A stretch of 64,000 nt of DNA from Acidimicrobiales bacterium (lineage in GTDB: Bacteria > Actinomycetota > Acidimicrobiia > Acidimicrobiales > Bin134), in the NCBI GenBank assembly GCA_965231915.1, contig OZ246892.1, positions 1,536,151 through 1,600,150 of the forward strand, given 5' to 3'. The position numbers and the translations under genes were made by a program. Under the pieces are notes generated by a model. The model saw nothing but the letters and a program-made list of their open reading frames with translations. It was not told the origin of the DNA and did no database searches. Of the stretch, positions 52,263-61,396 are shown in pieces. How positions within the stretch are numbered: position 1 is the first letter of the stretch; each line of letters opens with the position of its first letter.

Positions 52263-53269
52263 GCACCACCCTCGAAGCTGAGATCAGTCCGGGAATGAGC
52301 ACCGCTGATGCGGTGGGGCTGGCCCAGCTTGTGGAGGACGCCGGCTTCTCCCGGCTGGGCATCTCCGATGTGGTGTATTGGCCCGACTGCTTCATGCTCC
52401 AGGCCCTGTGCGCTCAAGCCACCCGCCGGATCGCGGTGGGGGCCATGGTGACCAACCCCTACACTCGCCATCCGGTGGTGCTGGCCGGGGCCCTGGCCAC
52501 CCTGGACGACATCGCCCCCGGCCGGGCGTTCTGCGGGCTTGGAGTGGGGGCTGGTTTGGAGCCGCTGGGCATCGACTACCCCAAGCCGGTTGCCGCGTTG
52601 CGCCAGGCGGTGGGCGATATCCGCACGCTGTTGGACGGGGGAGAGGTGGGCGGCGAGCGCCTTATCCGTCCTGCTTCTCATCCGGTGCCTATCTCGATAG
52701 GCACCCGCAGCCCTCAGGTGATGCGTTTGGCCGGCGAGGTGGCCGATATCGCCTTGGTGGGCGGTCGCTTTCTGTCGGCTGATCTGGCCGACGCCTACCT
52801 GGGGTGGCTGGCCGAGGGTGCTGCTCGAGCCGGGCGCACCCTGGACGACTTCGAGACCGCCCCACGCCTCACGCTGTGCTGCTCTGAAGACGGCGACCTG
52901 GCCAGACGCAGCGTCAAGCGCTACGCCGCTCACTATCTGACCATCATCCGACCTCCCGAGCTGGATGTGCCTGCCGACCGCATGGCCGCAATCGAGGCCG
53001 CTTTGGCCCGCAGCCGGGGCTGGTACTTCGACCACAGCCGGTTCGACGATCCGGAGTTGGACCGCTTGATCGACGACCGCTTGGTGGAGGCGTTCACCAT
53101 CGTCGGCACGCCGAGCGAATGCGCCGACCAGCTGGCCGCCGTGCTGGACATGGGCTTCACCAGCGCCAGCCTCAACCTGGCGGCCACTGCCCGGTCGACA
53201 GCGGCGGAGGGTCTGGCCGAGACCATCACCAGTATTGCCCCGGTGGTGGAGTCGCTCGCTGGCTCTTAG
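52259..53269 (+). CDS. LLM-class F420-dependent oxidoreductase
   Basis: Luciferase-like pattern (FSRLGISDVVYWPD, GRAFCGLGVGAG). The GTG start overlaps the upstream stop (GTGA). Confidence 0.8.
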   Translation: MSTTLEAEISPGMSTADAVGLAQLVEDAGFSRLGISDVVYWPDCFMLQALCAQATRRIAVGAMVTNPYTRHPVVLAGALATLDDIAPGRAFCGLGVGAGLEPLGIDYPKPVAALRQAVGDIRTLLDGGEVGGERLIRPASHPVPISIGTRSPQVMRLAGEVADIALVGGRFLSADLADAYLGWLAEGAARAGRTLDDFETAPRLTLCCSEDGDLARRSVKRYAAHYLTIIRPPELDVPADRMAAIEAALARSRGWYFDHSRFDDPELDRLIDDRLVEAFTIVGTPSECADQLAAVLDMGFTSASLNLAATARSTAAEGLAETITSIAPVVESLAGS

Positions 53270-54252
53270 CTGCCGGTCAGCCGGGAATAGGCCTGACGGT
53301 AGAAGTCCAGCGCAATGGAGCAGGGATCGGGGCTGCCTGCCAGAGCGGCGTAGGGCAGCGACGCCCCGGTGAAAGCGGTGCCGTTCCAGAACGGGTCGTT
53401 TGAGTCCACCGGCCCCCACGGCCCGACGTACAGGTAGGGCTCAGGATGGGCGGCGTCGCCCGGCGAAGCGCCGTAGGTGGCCCGGGTAACCGGGTCTCCG
53501 TCGGCATCGCCGATCTCAACCGCGGGGTCGAAGTGTCCCGGCCAAAGCTGCACTCGACTGGGGTCCGCCGCTCCAGGGGTGCAGCGCAGCTCTTCCAAGG
53601 TCGCGGTGGCCATGCCGAACCAGTCTCCGATGAACGCCACCAGCTCATCGTCAACGGTCAGCGGGCGGTCCAAGTCGCCCAGCGCCACGGTGTCGTGTTC
53701 GGCCTGATCGCCGGTGGCCTCGACCCCCAAGAACTCCGCCGCGTCTCGCAGCGTGGTGATCGGGCGGCTGTCCACGCGGTCTGCCTGCTGGAGCACCAGC
53801 AGGCGGCCTTCTACCCGAACCTGGATGTCGTCGCCGAAGAACGGAGTCCCGAAGCCACCCATGGTCCAGCGCAGGCCGAACTTGCCGTTGGCGGCTTTGC
53901 GGGCGTTGGACACCACCCCGTAGGCCAGCCGGTGCAGGTCGTCGCGCCGCACCGGGTAGTGGTCGGGTACCGCCGACAGCGCCTTGTGGTTGGCCAGCCA
54001 GCGGGGCTGGCAAAAGGCGGCCACTGCGTCGTCGGCTGCGGCCAGATCGGCCCATCGCAGATCCCCCGCGCTGGTGGGGGTCACCACCGGGACGTTCGCC
54101 TGATCCGCATCGCCTGCCGCGGCAGGGTCGTCAGCAAACCAGGGGCCGGAGAGCACTGCCGGCGGCGACGGCTCCAGCACCCGGGCGATTCGACCGTCGC
54201 CCACTAGAGCGTTTGCTTCGGCTTGCGGGTTTCGGCAAATGGGGGTCGTCAC
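53266..54252 (-). CDS. conserved hypothetical protein
   Basis: A ~329-aa ORF from GTG 54252 with normal composition (…KFGLRWTMGGFGTPFFGDDIQVRVEG…VQLWPGHFDPAVEIGD…). I do not recognise a family. Track ORF 53266..54495 extends into the divergent promoter. Confidence 0.5.
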   Translation of the reverse strand: MTTPICRNPQAEANALVGDGRIARVLEPSPPAVLSGPWFADDPAAAGDADQANVPVVTPTSAGDLRWADLAAADDAVAAFCQPRWLANHKALSAVPDHYPVRRDDLHRLAYGVVSNARKAANGKFGLRWTMGGFGTPFFGDDIQVRVEGRLLVLQQADRVDSRPITTLRDAAEFLGVEATGDQAEHDTVALGDLDRPLTVDDELVAFIGDWFGMATATLEELRCTPGAADPSRVQLWPGHFDPAVEIGDADGDPVTRATYGASPGDAAHPEPYLYVGPWGPVDSNDPFWNGTAFTGASLPYAALAGSPDPCSIALDFYRQAYSRLTGS

Positions 54253-54358
54253 ACTTATCTGCAACCTATCGGCGATTGACGCCGATCGCACTGCTATGAG
54301 ACTGAGCCGCGAACTGTCGCTAGAGTCTCCCGACGACCGCGACGAGGAGGACATACTC

Positions 54359-55144
54359 ATGGGAAGACTGGACGGCAAAGTTGCCCTGGTAACCGGAGGC
54401 GGCGGCGGCCTGGGCACCGCCATCAGCGTGTTGTTCGCCAGCGAGGGTGCCAAGGTGGTGGTGCAAGACCTCAACGAGGCTGCCGCCGCGGCCACCGCCG
54501 ATCAGGTGATCGCCAGCGGAGGCGAGGCCATGAGCGCGGCCTGCGACGTGTCCGACAGCAAGGCCATCGAGGCCATGTTCGCCGACATCGACGCCCGCTT
54601 CGGGCCCGTCACCGTGCTGGTGAACAACGCCGGGGTGGACAGCACCCCTGGTGACGGCTCTGGGGAGGGCAATACCGGCGGTGACCGCCAGATCGTGGAC
54701 ATGAGCGACGACGGCTGGCAGCGGATGCTCGACATCCACCTCAACGGCGCCTTCTACTGCACCCGGGCCATGTTGTCCCGGATCATTGACACCGATCTGA
54801 AGGGTTCGGTGGTCTGCATGTCGTCGATCGCCGGTCTGTCCGGTTGGGGGCCAGTGCATTACGCCACCGCCAAGGCCGGGCTCTTGGGGTTCATGCGGGC
54901 GATGGCCCGGTTCTGCGCCCCCCACGGCATCCGGGCCAACGCAGTGTGCCCCGGCGTGATCGACACCCCCATGGTGGCCGGGGTGGACACCGCCATGATC
55001 GAGGGCCTCAAGATGATCACCCCCGCCGGCCGCATCGGCGTCCCCAACGACATCGCCTATGCCGCCCTCTACCTGGCCTCCGACGAGAGCGACTTCGTAA
55101 CCGGCGAAACCATCACCCCCAACGGAGGCCTAGTCATCGGCTGA
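54359..55144 (+). CDS. SDR family oxidoreductase (3-oxoacyl-ACP reductase-like)
   Basis: Contains VTGGGGGLG, NNAG and YATAK. GAGGAGGA lies upstream of ATG 54359. Confidence 0.9.
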   Translation: MGRLDGKVALVTGGGGGLGTAISVLFASEGAKVVVQDLNEAAAAATADQVIASGGEAMSAACDVSDSKAIEAMFADIDARFGPVTVLVNNAGVDSTPGDGSGEGNTGGDRQIVDMSDDGWQRMLDIHLNGAFYCTRAMLSRIIDTDLKGSVVCMSSIAGLSGWGPVHYATAKAGLLGFMRAMARFCAPHGIRANAVCPGVIDTPMVAGVDTAMIEGLKMITPAGRIGVPNDIAYAALYLASDESDFVTGETITPNGGLVIG

Positions 55145-55218
55145 CCGACATGGACAGCTGTGACCATCTGACGAAATATCAGCACCCCAATCTATGGGGT
55201 GCTGGGTACAGTAGGAGC

Positions 55219-55449
55219 ATGAGCGTGGTCTTTGACCTCTCTGAGAAAGCAGTCAAGCGGCTCTGGGAAGAAGCCTCGCGTCGTCGGATAAGCGTTGAGG
55301 AGCTCATTGGAGAACTGGCGGACAGCCTGCCAGCGGGTGATCCACTGGAAGCGTTCATCGGCTGTGGGGAGTCTGGTCAAATGGAGCCTTTCGATATTCA
55401 TCGCGAACGGACTGAGCTGGCTGCCAGCAGGCACGACACGGCTGTTTGA
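55219..55449 (+). CDS. ribbon-helix-helix-type antitoxin (VapB-like)
   Basis: Starts MSVVFDLSEKAVKRLWEEASRRRISVEELIGELADSL. It lies directly upstream of a PIN-domain remnant. Confidence 0.6.
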   Translation: MSVVFDLSEKAVKRLWEEASRRRISVEELIGELADSLPAGDPLEAFIGCGESGQMEPFDIHRERTELAASRHDTAV

Positions 55450-55455
55450 GCCTTC

Positions 55456-55590
55456 GTGCTCCTCGTCGATACCGGCGTATTCGTATCTGCCGCTGACCGC
55501 AGAAATATTTCCACTGTTGCAACCCTCAACCGCAGGGATTTTGCAGTGGTGCAGCCAGACCACGGGGAATGGGGTTTCCGGCATGGCTGA
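55456..55590 (+). pseudogene. internally deleted PIN-domain (vapC) remnant
   Basis: Only 44 codons: VLLVDTGVFVSAADRR (a PIN N-terminus) is joined directly to NISTVATLNRRDFAVVQPDHGEWGF (a PIN C-terminus). The central ~90 aa of a normal PIN domain are absent. Confidence 0.6.
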
Positions 55591-56329
55591 GTCGGCCATT
55601 GAGTGGACCGACGCAACTTGGAACCCCACCACCGGATGCGACCAGGTTTCACCGGGGTGCGACCACTGCTATGCCTTGACCATGGCTGGCCGCCTTAAGG
55701 TGATGGGTCAGGCAAAGTACCAAACAGATGGCCATCCGAGGACAAGCGGCCCTGGCTTTGGACTGGCCTGCCACCCGGAGACCCTGGCTCTTCCTGCGAC
55801 TTGGGCAAAGCCCCGCATGATCTTCGTCAACTCGATGAGTGACCTCTTCCACAAGGAAGTGCCAGTTGAGTTCATACAGGACGTGCTTGACGTAATGCGG
55901 GACACCCCCCAACACACCTACCAGGTGCTGACCAAACGTTCCCACCGGCTCGCACGACTCAGTGATGCCTTGGAATGGCCCCCCAATGCGTGGGTCGGGG
56001 TCAGTGTGGAGTCTGCTCGCTATTTGTTCCGATTGAGGCACTTGCAGGAGACCGCAGCTTATGTCCGTTTCATCAGCGCCGAACCGCTTCTTGGGCCACT
56101 GGGAGCTCTTGACCTCACCGGCATCGACTGGCTGATTGCCGGAGGCGAAAGCGGCCTCGGCGCTAGGCCCATGTCGCCAGAATGGGTGACCGGCCTTCGC
56201 GACCGCTGCGTCGAGGCCGGAGTTCCATTCTTCTTCAAGCAGTGGGGTGGCCGCTCGCCCAAGGCCGGGGGTCGCCATCTTGAGGGTCGGACCTGGGATG
56301 AGTATCCGTTGACTGCCCTGGCCAATTGA
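55583..56329 (+). CDS. DUF5131 (phage Gp37/Gp68) family protein
   Basis: Contains IEWTDATWNPTTGCDQVSPGCDHCYA (the three-Cys motif), FVNSMSDLFH, ISAEPLLGPL, IAGGESG and FFFKQWGG. Confidence 0.85.
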   Translation: MAESAIEWTDATWNPTTGCDQVSPGCDHCYALTMAGRLKVMGQAKYQTDGHPRTSGPGFGLACHPETLALPATWAKPRMIFVNSMSDLFHKEVPVEFIQDVLDVMRDTPQHTYQVLTKRSHRLARLSDALEWPPNAWVGVSVESARYLFRLRHLQETAAYVRFISAEPLLGPLGALDLTGIDWLIAGGESGLGARPMSPEWVTGLRDRCVEAGVPFFFKQWGGRSPKAGGRHLEGRTWDEYPLTALAN

Positions 56330-56381
56330 TCATTGGCGGGCCAGAGAGGCAGCCATCAGCCGAGGCATCTACCATGACACG

Positions 56382-56750
56382 ATGTCATTGCAGGAGACCC
56401 TGGCGAGAATCCGCTCCTCGCCCCGTCCCAACAACGAGGAGTCGGCCAAGTTTCAGGTGATTGCTCCGATCCTCCACGCGCTGGGATGGGATACCTCTGA
56501 CGGAGAACAAGTGCTGTTCGAGCACTCAGTGGGCGGCAAGAAGGGTGGAAGAGTCGATATTGCCCTAAAGGAGAGGGGTCGCGTTCTTGCCCTAATTGAA
56601 GCTAAGGCACCTCATTCTGATCTGACTACCCATGTAGAGCAGGTACTGGGTTATGCCTTTCATGAAGGGGTGGATATCTGCGCACTGACCACGGGGGAGG
56701 AGTGGTGGCTGTTTCTTCCCCGTGAACGTAAGGCGGTCACCATGGCCTAG
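56382..56750 (+). CDS. HsdR-N-terminal-like PD-(D/E)XK nuclease domain protein
   Basis: NEESAKFQVIAPILHALGW...GRVDIAL...LALIEAKAP...ALTTGEEWWLF fits the type I restriction enzyme R N-terminal (HSDR_N_2-like) D..ExK pattern. It is only 122 aa. Confidence 0.6.
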   Translation: MSLQETLARIRSSPRPNNEESAKFQVIAPILHALGWDTSDGEQVLFEHSVGGKKGGRVDIALKERGRVLALIEAKAPHSDLTTHVEQVLGYAFHEGVDICALTTGEEWWLFLPRERKAVTMA

Positions 56751-56895
56751 CCGGGAACCGGCTTCACTGCTGGGATATGGTCGAAATATGAATGCGGAGT
56801 TCCAGTCCAGCGCGAGTCGGCAAAGCTGAGCGTTCGAGATCCAAGCCCGTTCCTACACGTCCGCCCAGTACCTCAGCGGAGCCTGATGCCTGGGA

Positions 56896-58200
56896 CTAGC
56901 TCTTCTGTCGGTTGGTGGAGGTGGTTTGCAGGCAATCGGATGCTCTTTGCTTGAGCCGATCTTTGAATAGTTCGAGCGCGCCAGTGGTGGGGACGCCGGA
57001 GGGCAGTGCGCTGATCTCACTTTCCGTGGCCGAGACGACTCCTGAGGCGAATTCCTCGGCGCGGTTGATTGTCTCGTCCAGCGGGATCATCAGATATGCG
57101 GCCAGGCTGGCCAGCGAGTCTTTGGCCCCGGCTCGGTAGACGGTGAAGTCCGACCCGAAGCGCATGGCCATCTCCAACGCACCGATTCTCTTGTTGGCGA
57201 ATGGCAGGGCCGAGCTGATGTCGTAGAGGGGAGCGAGTTTGATGCTCCTTGAGTCAATGGTGATGCTGTAGTTGCGGGCATGGCCGTCGCGGTTCACGAT
57301 TATCCAGTAGTAGAGCAGTGCGTCGCGGAACCTGCGGAGGTCGGCGTCGGGATCGGCTGAGAACCGCTGGATGGCATCGCCGATAGGCGCAATGCCCGGC
57401 CCACCGTGCTTCTCATACTTCTGCTGCGGAGAGCGGCCCAAGGCTTGGCACATATCCTCCTGGTGGACACGCTCCCAGCCGGTGTCAGTCTGTACCCGGT
57501 CATAGCGGGTGACGATGGCTGTCGGGTGCTCTGCGTAGACGGCGATTTCGGACTCGGCAGCGTGCAGCCCAAGCCGCCGGGCAACCGCCAAGCAGAGATG
57601 CTCTACAACCGCCTGATCGGGCCGTCCTGCGGGCGAGGGTTTGAGTATGTGCGTCGTGGGGGTGTTCCCATACGGTCTTGCCCACCCGTCGGCCAGCCAG
57701 TGCAAGGCAGTCTTCGCTTGGAATCCTCCGAGGCTGAAGTAGGCGCTCTCATCGTCGGGCAGCCACCTCGCCGTGTCCGATGCCATCAGCGCGATCTCAT
57801 CTTCGACCTCTGCCTGCGTCAACGAACGCAGACCGCTTTCCCGGTCGCTCAGCGATTGTTCGTTGCCCGCAGGACAGAACTGGACCGCACCGGCGCAATC
57901 GTGCCCGACGCGTGTCGCGATCAATCCGAGGGCGGTGGGTGGCGATACCCCTTCGTTTTGGTACCAGCGCTCCAGCACTCGCTGGTTGTCGGGCAGCAGG
58001 CCGTCGATCCACCGCATTGTTGCTTCCGAGGAGAATGGTTGATCGCGAAACGGCAGGGACATGGACAGAGGGATTGATGCTCTGTTGAGCAGATAGTCGT
58101 GGTCGTAGCAGAACTCGGCACGGCCAGTGCCGGTGACGTGCAGCTTCCCGGCGGGGACACCGTTGAGCAGCACCGTGAGTGCTTCAATGGCGTTGCTCAT
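56896..58200 (-). CDS. hipA: HipA-family serine/threonine kinase toxin
   Basis: N-terminal LTVLLNGVPAGKLHV (couple_hipA) and C-terminal IVNRDGHARNYS (the HipA_C catalytic loop). ATG 58200 overlaps the hipB stop. Confidence 0.9.
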   Translation of the reverse strand: MSNAIEALTVLLNGVPAGKLHVTGTGRAEFCYDHDYLLNRASIPLSMSLPFRDQPFSSEATMRWIDGLLPDNQRVLERWYQNEGVSPPTALGLIATRVGHDCAGAVQFCPAGNEQSLSDRESGLRSLTQAEVEDEIALMASDTARWLPDDESAYFSLGGFQAKTALHWLADGWARPYGNTPTTHILKPSPAGRPDQAVVEHLCLAVARRLGLHAAESEIAVYAEHPTAIVTRYDRVQTDTGWERVHQEDMCQALGRSPQQKYEKHGGPGIAPIGDAIQRFSADPDADLRRFRDALLYYWIIVNRDGHARNYSITIDSRSIKLAPLYDISSALPFANKRIGALEMAMRFGSDFTVYRAGAKDSLASLAAYLMIPLDETINRAEEFASGVVSATESEISALPSGVPTTGALELFKDRLKQRASDCLQTTSTNRQKS

Positions 58201-58439
58201 CTGTTGGGCTCGGGCGGGCGGTCGAAACGCAACTCCAAACCCAGGGAGCGTGTTACCCGCATGAGGTTTCCCAGTTCGCCGCCCCCGTGCCCTCTCTCGG
58301 CGAGGCTGATCCACCGGCGGGATACCCCAGCTTGCTCTGCCAGCTCAGCCTGAGTCAGGCCTGCTACTACTCTGAGTCGGCGCAGCTCCATTCCGAGATG
58401 CCCGATTGTGCTGAATCCTCGGAAGAACTCCGGTGCCAT
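58197..58439 (-). CDS. hipB: Xre-family HTH antitoxin (HipB)
   Basis: Contains the HTH LRRLRVVAGLTQAELAEQAGVSRRWISLAERG. There is an ATGA overlap with hipA. Confidence 0.85.
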   Translation of the reverse strand: MAPEFFRGFSTIGHLGMELRRLRVVAGLTQAELAEQAGVSRRWISLAERGHGGGELGNLMRVTRSLGLELRFDRPPEPNR

Positions 58440-58520
58440 TCCTCAAGCATAGGATGTAAGGGAACCGCGCCACTATAAATTTGAGAAGGAACCTTCACAT
58501 AAGATGCATGTAAGGATATC

Positions 58521-60950
58521 CTAGCTTTCCAGCTGCGGGACTTCTAGGGCGCCCATTTCGACTAGGCGGTCTACTTCGGCGGGGTCCATGTTGAGTTCTT
58601 CGGTGCAGATTTGGCGGGTGTGCTCGCCGAGGAGGGGGGCGGCGTGGACTGGGGGGGTGGGCATCTCGCTGCCGTAGAAGCAGGGGCCTTCCAGAACCAG
58701 GTTGCCGGCGCCGGGCTGGAAGACCTCCAACGGGAAGCCTCGCTGGGTGAGTTGGGGGTCGGTCATGTGGTCGAGGGCGGTGAGCATGGCCGCGCCGGGG
58801 ACGCCGACCGCCTGGCAGGCGTCTTGGACTTCCTGTGGTGACAGGCTGGCGGTCCACTGGGCCACTCCGGCGTTGACTGCCTCTCGGGCGGCCATTCGGC
58901 CCTCAGCGGTGCCATAAGCGGGGTGATCGGCCCACGCCGGGTTCCCCATGGCCTGCTTGAGCGCGGCCCAGTCGGCGTCGTCGCGTACGCACACCACGCT
59001 CCACTGCTGGTCGCCGTCGCACTGGAACACTCCCCACGGGGCGCCCTGGTCGGAGTCGTTGCCCACCGGCTGCACTGAGCCGGGGCTTAGCGACTCGGCC
59101 ATGAACAGATCGCCCAAAGTGTTGACCAAAGCCTCGGCCTGGCTGATCTCGGCGTGGGCTCCTTCGCCCCTTCGCTCCTTGCTCAACAGCCCGGCCAGGG
59201 CTCCTAGAGCACACAGCCGTCCGGCCAAGTGATCGGGGTGGATGGCGTTGGACCCCGGCGGCGGGTCGCCGTCGGTGAAGTTCCACAGGTACTTGATGCC
59301 CCCCACCGTCTGGATGGTGGGCCCGTAGCCGATCCAGTCGGCATAAGCCCCGGTTGAGCCCATGAGCTGGCTGCTGGCCATGCACACGCCGGGGTTGATC
59401 TCTTTGAGGGTCTCATAGCCCACCCCCATTGCGTCCATGGTGCCGGTGGAGTTGTTCTCGATCACGATGTCGGCCGTCTTCACCAGCTCCTTCAGCACGG
59501 CCAAACCCTCGGGGATCTTGGAGTTGACCCCGAAGCTGCGCTTGGTGCGGCTTGAGGAGGCGAACGACGGGGTCATCTCGGTGCCGGTCACCAGCCGCAT
59601 GAAGTCGGGATAGGTGCGGGTCTCGATCTTGATCACGTCGGCGCCGTACTCGGCCAGCATCCGCCCGCCCTCCACGCCCACGCCGCCATGGCCGAAGTCC
59701 AGCACCCGCAGTCCGGCCAGCGGCTGATTCTGCTCGCCGGCGGCGGGGACAGGACCGCGAGGCTCGGCGGCAGCCGCCTCTGAGGCCACTTCGGCGTTGT
59801 GCTCGCCCACCGCAGGCGCGCCGAACCGGAATCCTTGGCGCTGGCGGTCGATCTCCATGAACCCCGAGGCCACCTCGGCCTCTGTGCTGGGGGCCACCTC
59901 TACCGGCACGAAAGTGGACCGGGACACGTAGTGCTCGTTCACCAGGATGTCGGACGGCTTGAGCATCGGGGTGACCACCACGCCCCGGCGCTGGGCCTCG
60001 GCCGCGGCCTCCTCCATCAGCATGGGAGCGAAGTGCTCGGCGATGACCGGATTCAACACATCGCCGTTCATCAGCCGGGTGAGGGTCTCGCCCCACATCT
60101 CGTCGGCGAACGCCTCGGGACGGCCCAGCCACTCCCACATGGCGAACCACTGGCGGGGGCTGAGGATCACCATGGTGATGAAGCCGTCGGCTGTCTCGAA
60201 CAACGGATACACCACAGTGGTCCCCGACCGGACGACGGGTGGATCCATTCCTGCGTCCAATGTGGGCTGCATGTTGGCGAGCTGCCAGGTGTTGAGGTGG
60301 ATGGCCGCCTCCAGCACCGAGAAGTCGAGGTGCTGGCCCCGCCCGGTCCGCTGCTTGGCCACCAGGCCGATGAGCACCGCCAGCGCCCCCACTATCCCGG
60401 CAGCGTCGTAGGCAAAAGCGCCGGGGATGAAAAGGGGCGGCTTCTCCGGGATGCCCGAGGCGGCCAGGTGCCCGCTCATGGCCTGGATCACCTCGTCGGT
60501 GGCCTCGAACTGGGCGTACGGCCCCTCCTGGCCGAAGTCGGTGACCGACAGCACCAAAAGGTGCCCGAACTCGGCGGATACCTCCCGTGGGTCCAGCCCG
60601 TAGGGGGCCAGCGCCCCCGGCTTGGTCGACTCGATCCATACGTCTGCGCCGGCCAGCAGCTCTCGCAGCTGGGTCTGGCCTTCAGCAGTGGTCACGTCCA
60701 CGGTGACCCCCCGCTTGTTGAAGTTGCGGAAGGCGAAATACAGGCTGGTGTCGCCGTCAGGGGCAAATGGCGGCATGTTGCGGGATGCGGCCCCGCTGGG
60801 CGGCTCCACCCGGATGACGTCGGCACCGTGGTCGGCCAACAGTCGTCCGGCCAGCTCGCCCTTGACGTCGGCCATGTCGATGACCCGGAGGCCGCTCAGC
60901 GGCAGTTCATTCGAAGACACGGTTCGCGACACTACCCCCAGCATTCCCAT
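58521..60950 (-). CDS. tandem-fused CaiB/BaiF (family III) CoA-transferase
   Basis: Two copies of the family N-terminal signature are present: LSGLRVIDMADVKGELAGRLLADHGADVIRVEPPSG and LAGLRVLDFGHGGVGVEGGRMLAEYGADVIKIE. The start is uncertain (60989, 60965, 60950 or later). Confidence 0.8.
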   Translation of the reverse strand: MGMLGVVSRTVSSNELPLSGLRVIDMADVKGELAGRLLADHGADVIRVEPPSGAASRNMPPFAPDGDTSLYFAFRNFNKRGVTVDVTTAEGQTQLRELLAGADVWIESTKPGALAPYGLDPREVSAEFGHLLVLSVTDFGQEGPYAQFEATDEVIQAMSGHLAASGIPEKPPLFIPGAFAYDAAGIVGALAVLIGLVAKQRTGRGQHLDFSVLEAAIHLNTWQLANMQPTLDAGMDPPVVRSGTTVVYPLFETADGFITMVILSPRQWFAMWEWLGRPEAFADEMWGETLTRLMNGDVLNPVIAEHFAPMLMEEAAAEAQRRGVVVTPMLKPSDILVNEHYVSRSTFVPVEVAPSTEAEVASGFMEIDRQRQGFRFGAPAVGEHNAEVASEAAAAEPRGPVPAAGEQNQPLAGLRVLDFGHGGVGVEGGRMLAEYGADVIKIETRTYPDFMRLVTGTEMTPSFASSSRTKRSFGVNSKIPEGLAVLKELVKTADIVIENNSTGTMDAMGVGYETLKEINPGVCMASSQLMGSTGAYADWIGYGPTIQTVGGIKYLWNFTDGDPPPGSNAIHPDHLAGRLCALGALAGLLSKERRGEGAHAEISQAEALVNTLGDLFMAESLSPGSVQPVGNDSDQGAPWGVFQCDGDQQWSVVCVRDDADWAALKQAMGNPAWADHPAYGTAEGRMAAREAVNAGVAQWTASLSPQEVQDACQAVGVPGAAMLTALDHMTDPQLTQRGFPLEVFQPGAGNLVLEGPCFYGSEMPTPPVHAAPLLGEHTRQICTEELNMDPAEVDRLVEMGALEVPQLES

Positions 60951-60979
60951 TGATTCGAAGAACATGGTCAACTGGTGGC

Positions 60980-61393
60980 GTGAGCGCACAGACCAACCTG
61001 GAAATCCTCCAATCGGTGTTCGATTCCATGGGCGACGCCGACGCCGTGGTGTCCCATTACACCGACGACTACGTGCTGGAGTTGCCCTACGCGAGCGTCG
61101 ATGGCCCTGATCGCACCGAGGGCAAAGAAGTAGTGCGGGAGCGACTGGTGCAGGCCTTCAAGATCTTCCGCTTCACCCTGCACATCACCGAAGCGCACCC
61201 CTGTGCTGATCCCGACCTGCTGATTGCCGAGTACACCAGCGAGGGCGAAGTCATCCCCACCGGGCGCCGCTACTCCAACCGCTATATCGGTCTGTGGCGC
61301 TTTCGCGACGGCAAGGTTTGCTTCACCCGGGAGTACCTCAACCCGGAAATGGCCCGGGCCGCCCTAGCGCCGTCCGGTGAAGAAGGCGCCTAG
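60980..61393 (+). CDS. SnoaL-like / NTF2-family protein
   Basis: ~137 aa. NLEILQSVFDSMGDADAVVSHYTDDYVLELPY...RYIGLWRFRDGKVCFTREYLNP fits the NTF2-like pattern. The start may be 60950 or GTG 60980. Confidence 0.65.
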   Translation: MSAQTNLEILQSVFDSMGDADAVVSHYTDDYVLELPYASVDGPDRTEGKEVVRERLVQAFKIFRFTLHITEAHPCADPDLLIAEYTSEGEVIPTGRRYSNRYIGLWRFRDGKVCFTREYLNPEMARAALAPSGEEGA

Positions 61394-61396
61394 AGG

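Noticed and set aside
54268-54286. A small hairpin ATCGGCG-ATTGA-CGCCGAT in the divergent promoter region between the hypothetical gene and the SDR gene.
   Set aside because: It is a 7-bp stem with no associated regulator gene nearby. Hairpins this short are expected by chance in GC-rich DNA, so it is not reported as a feature.
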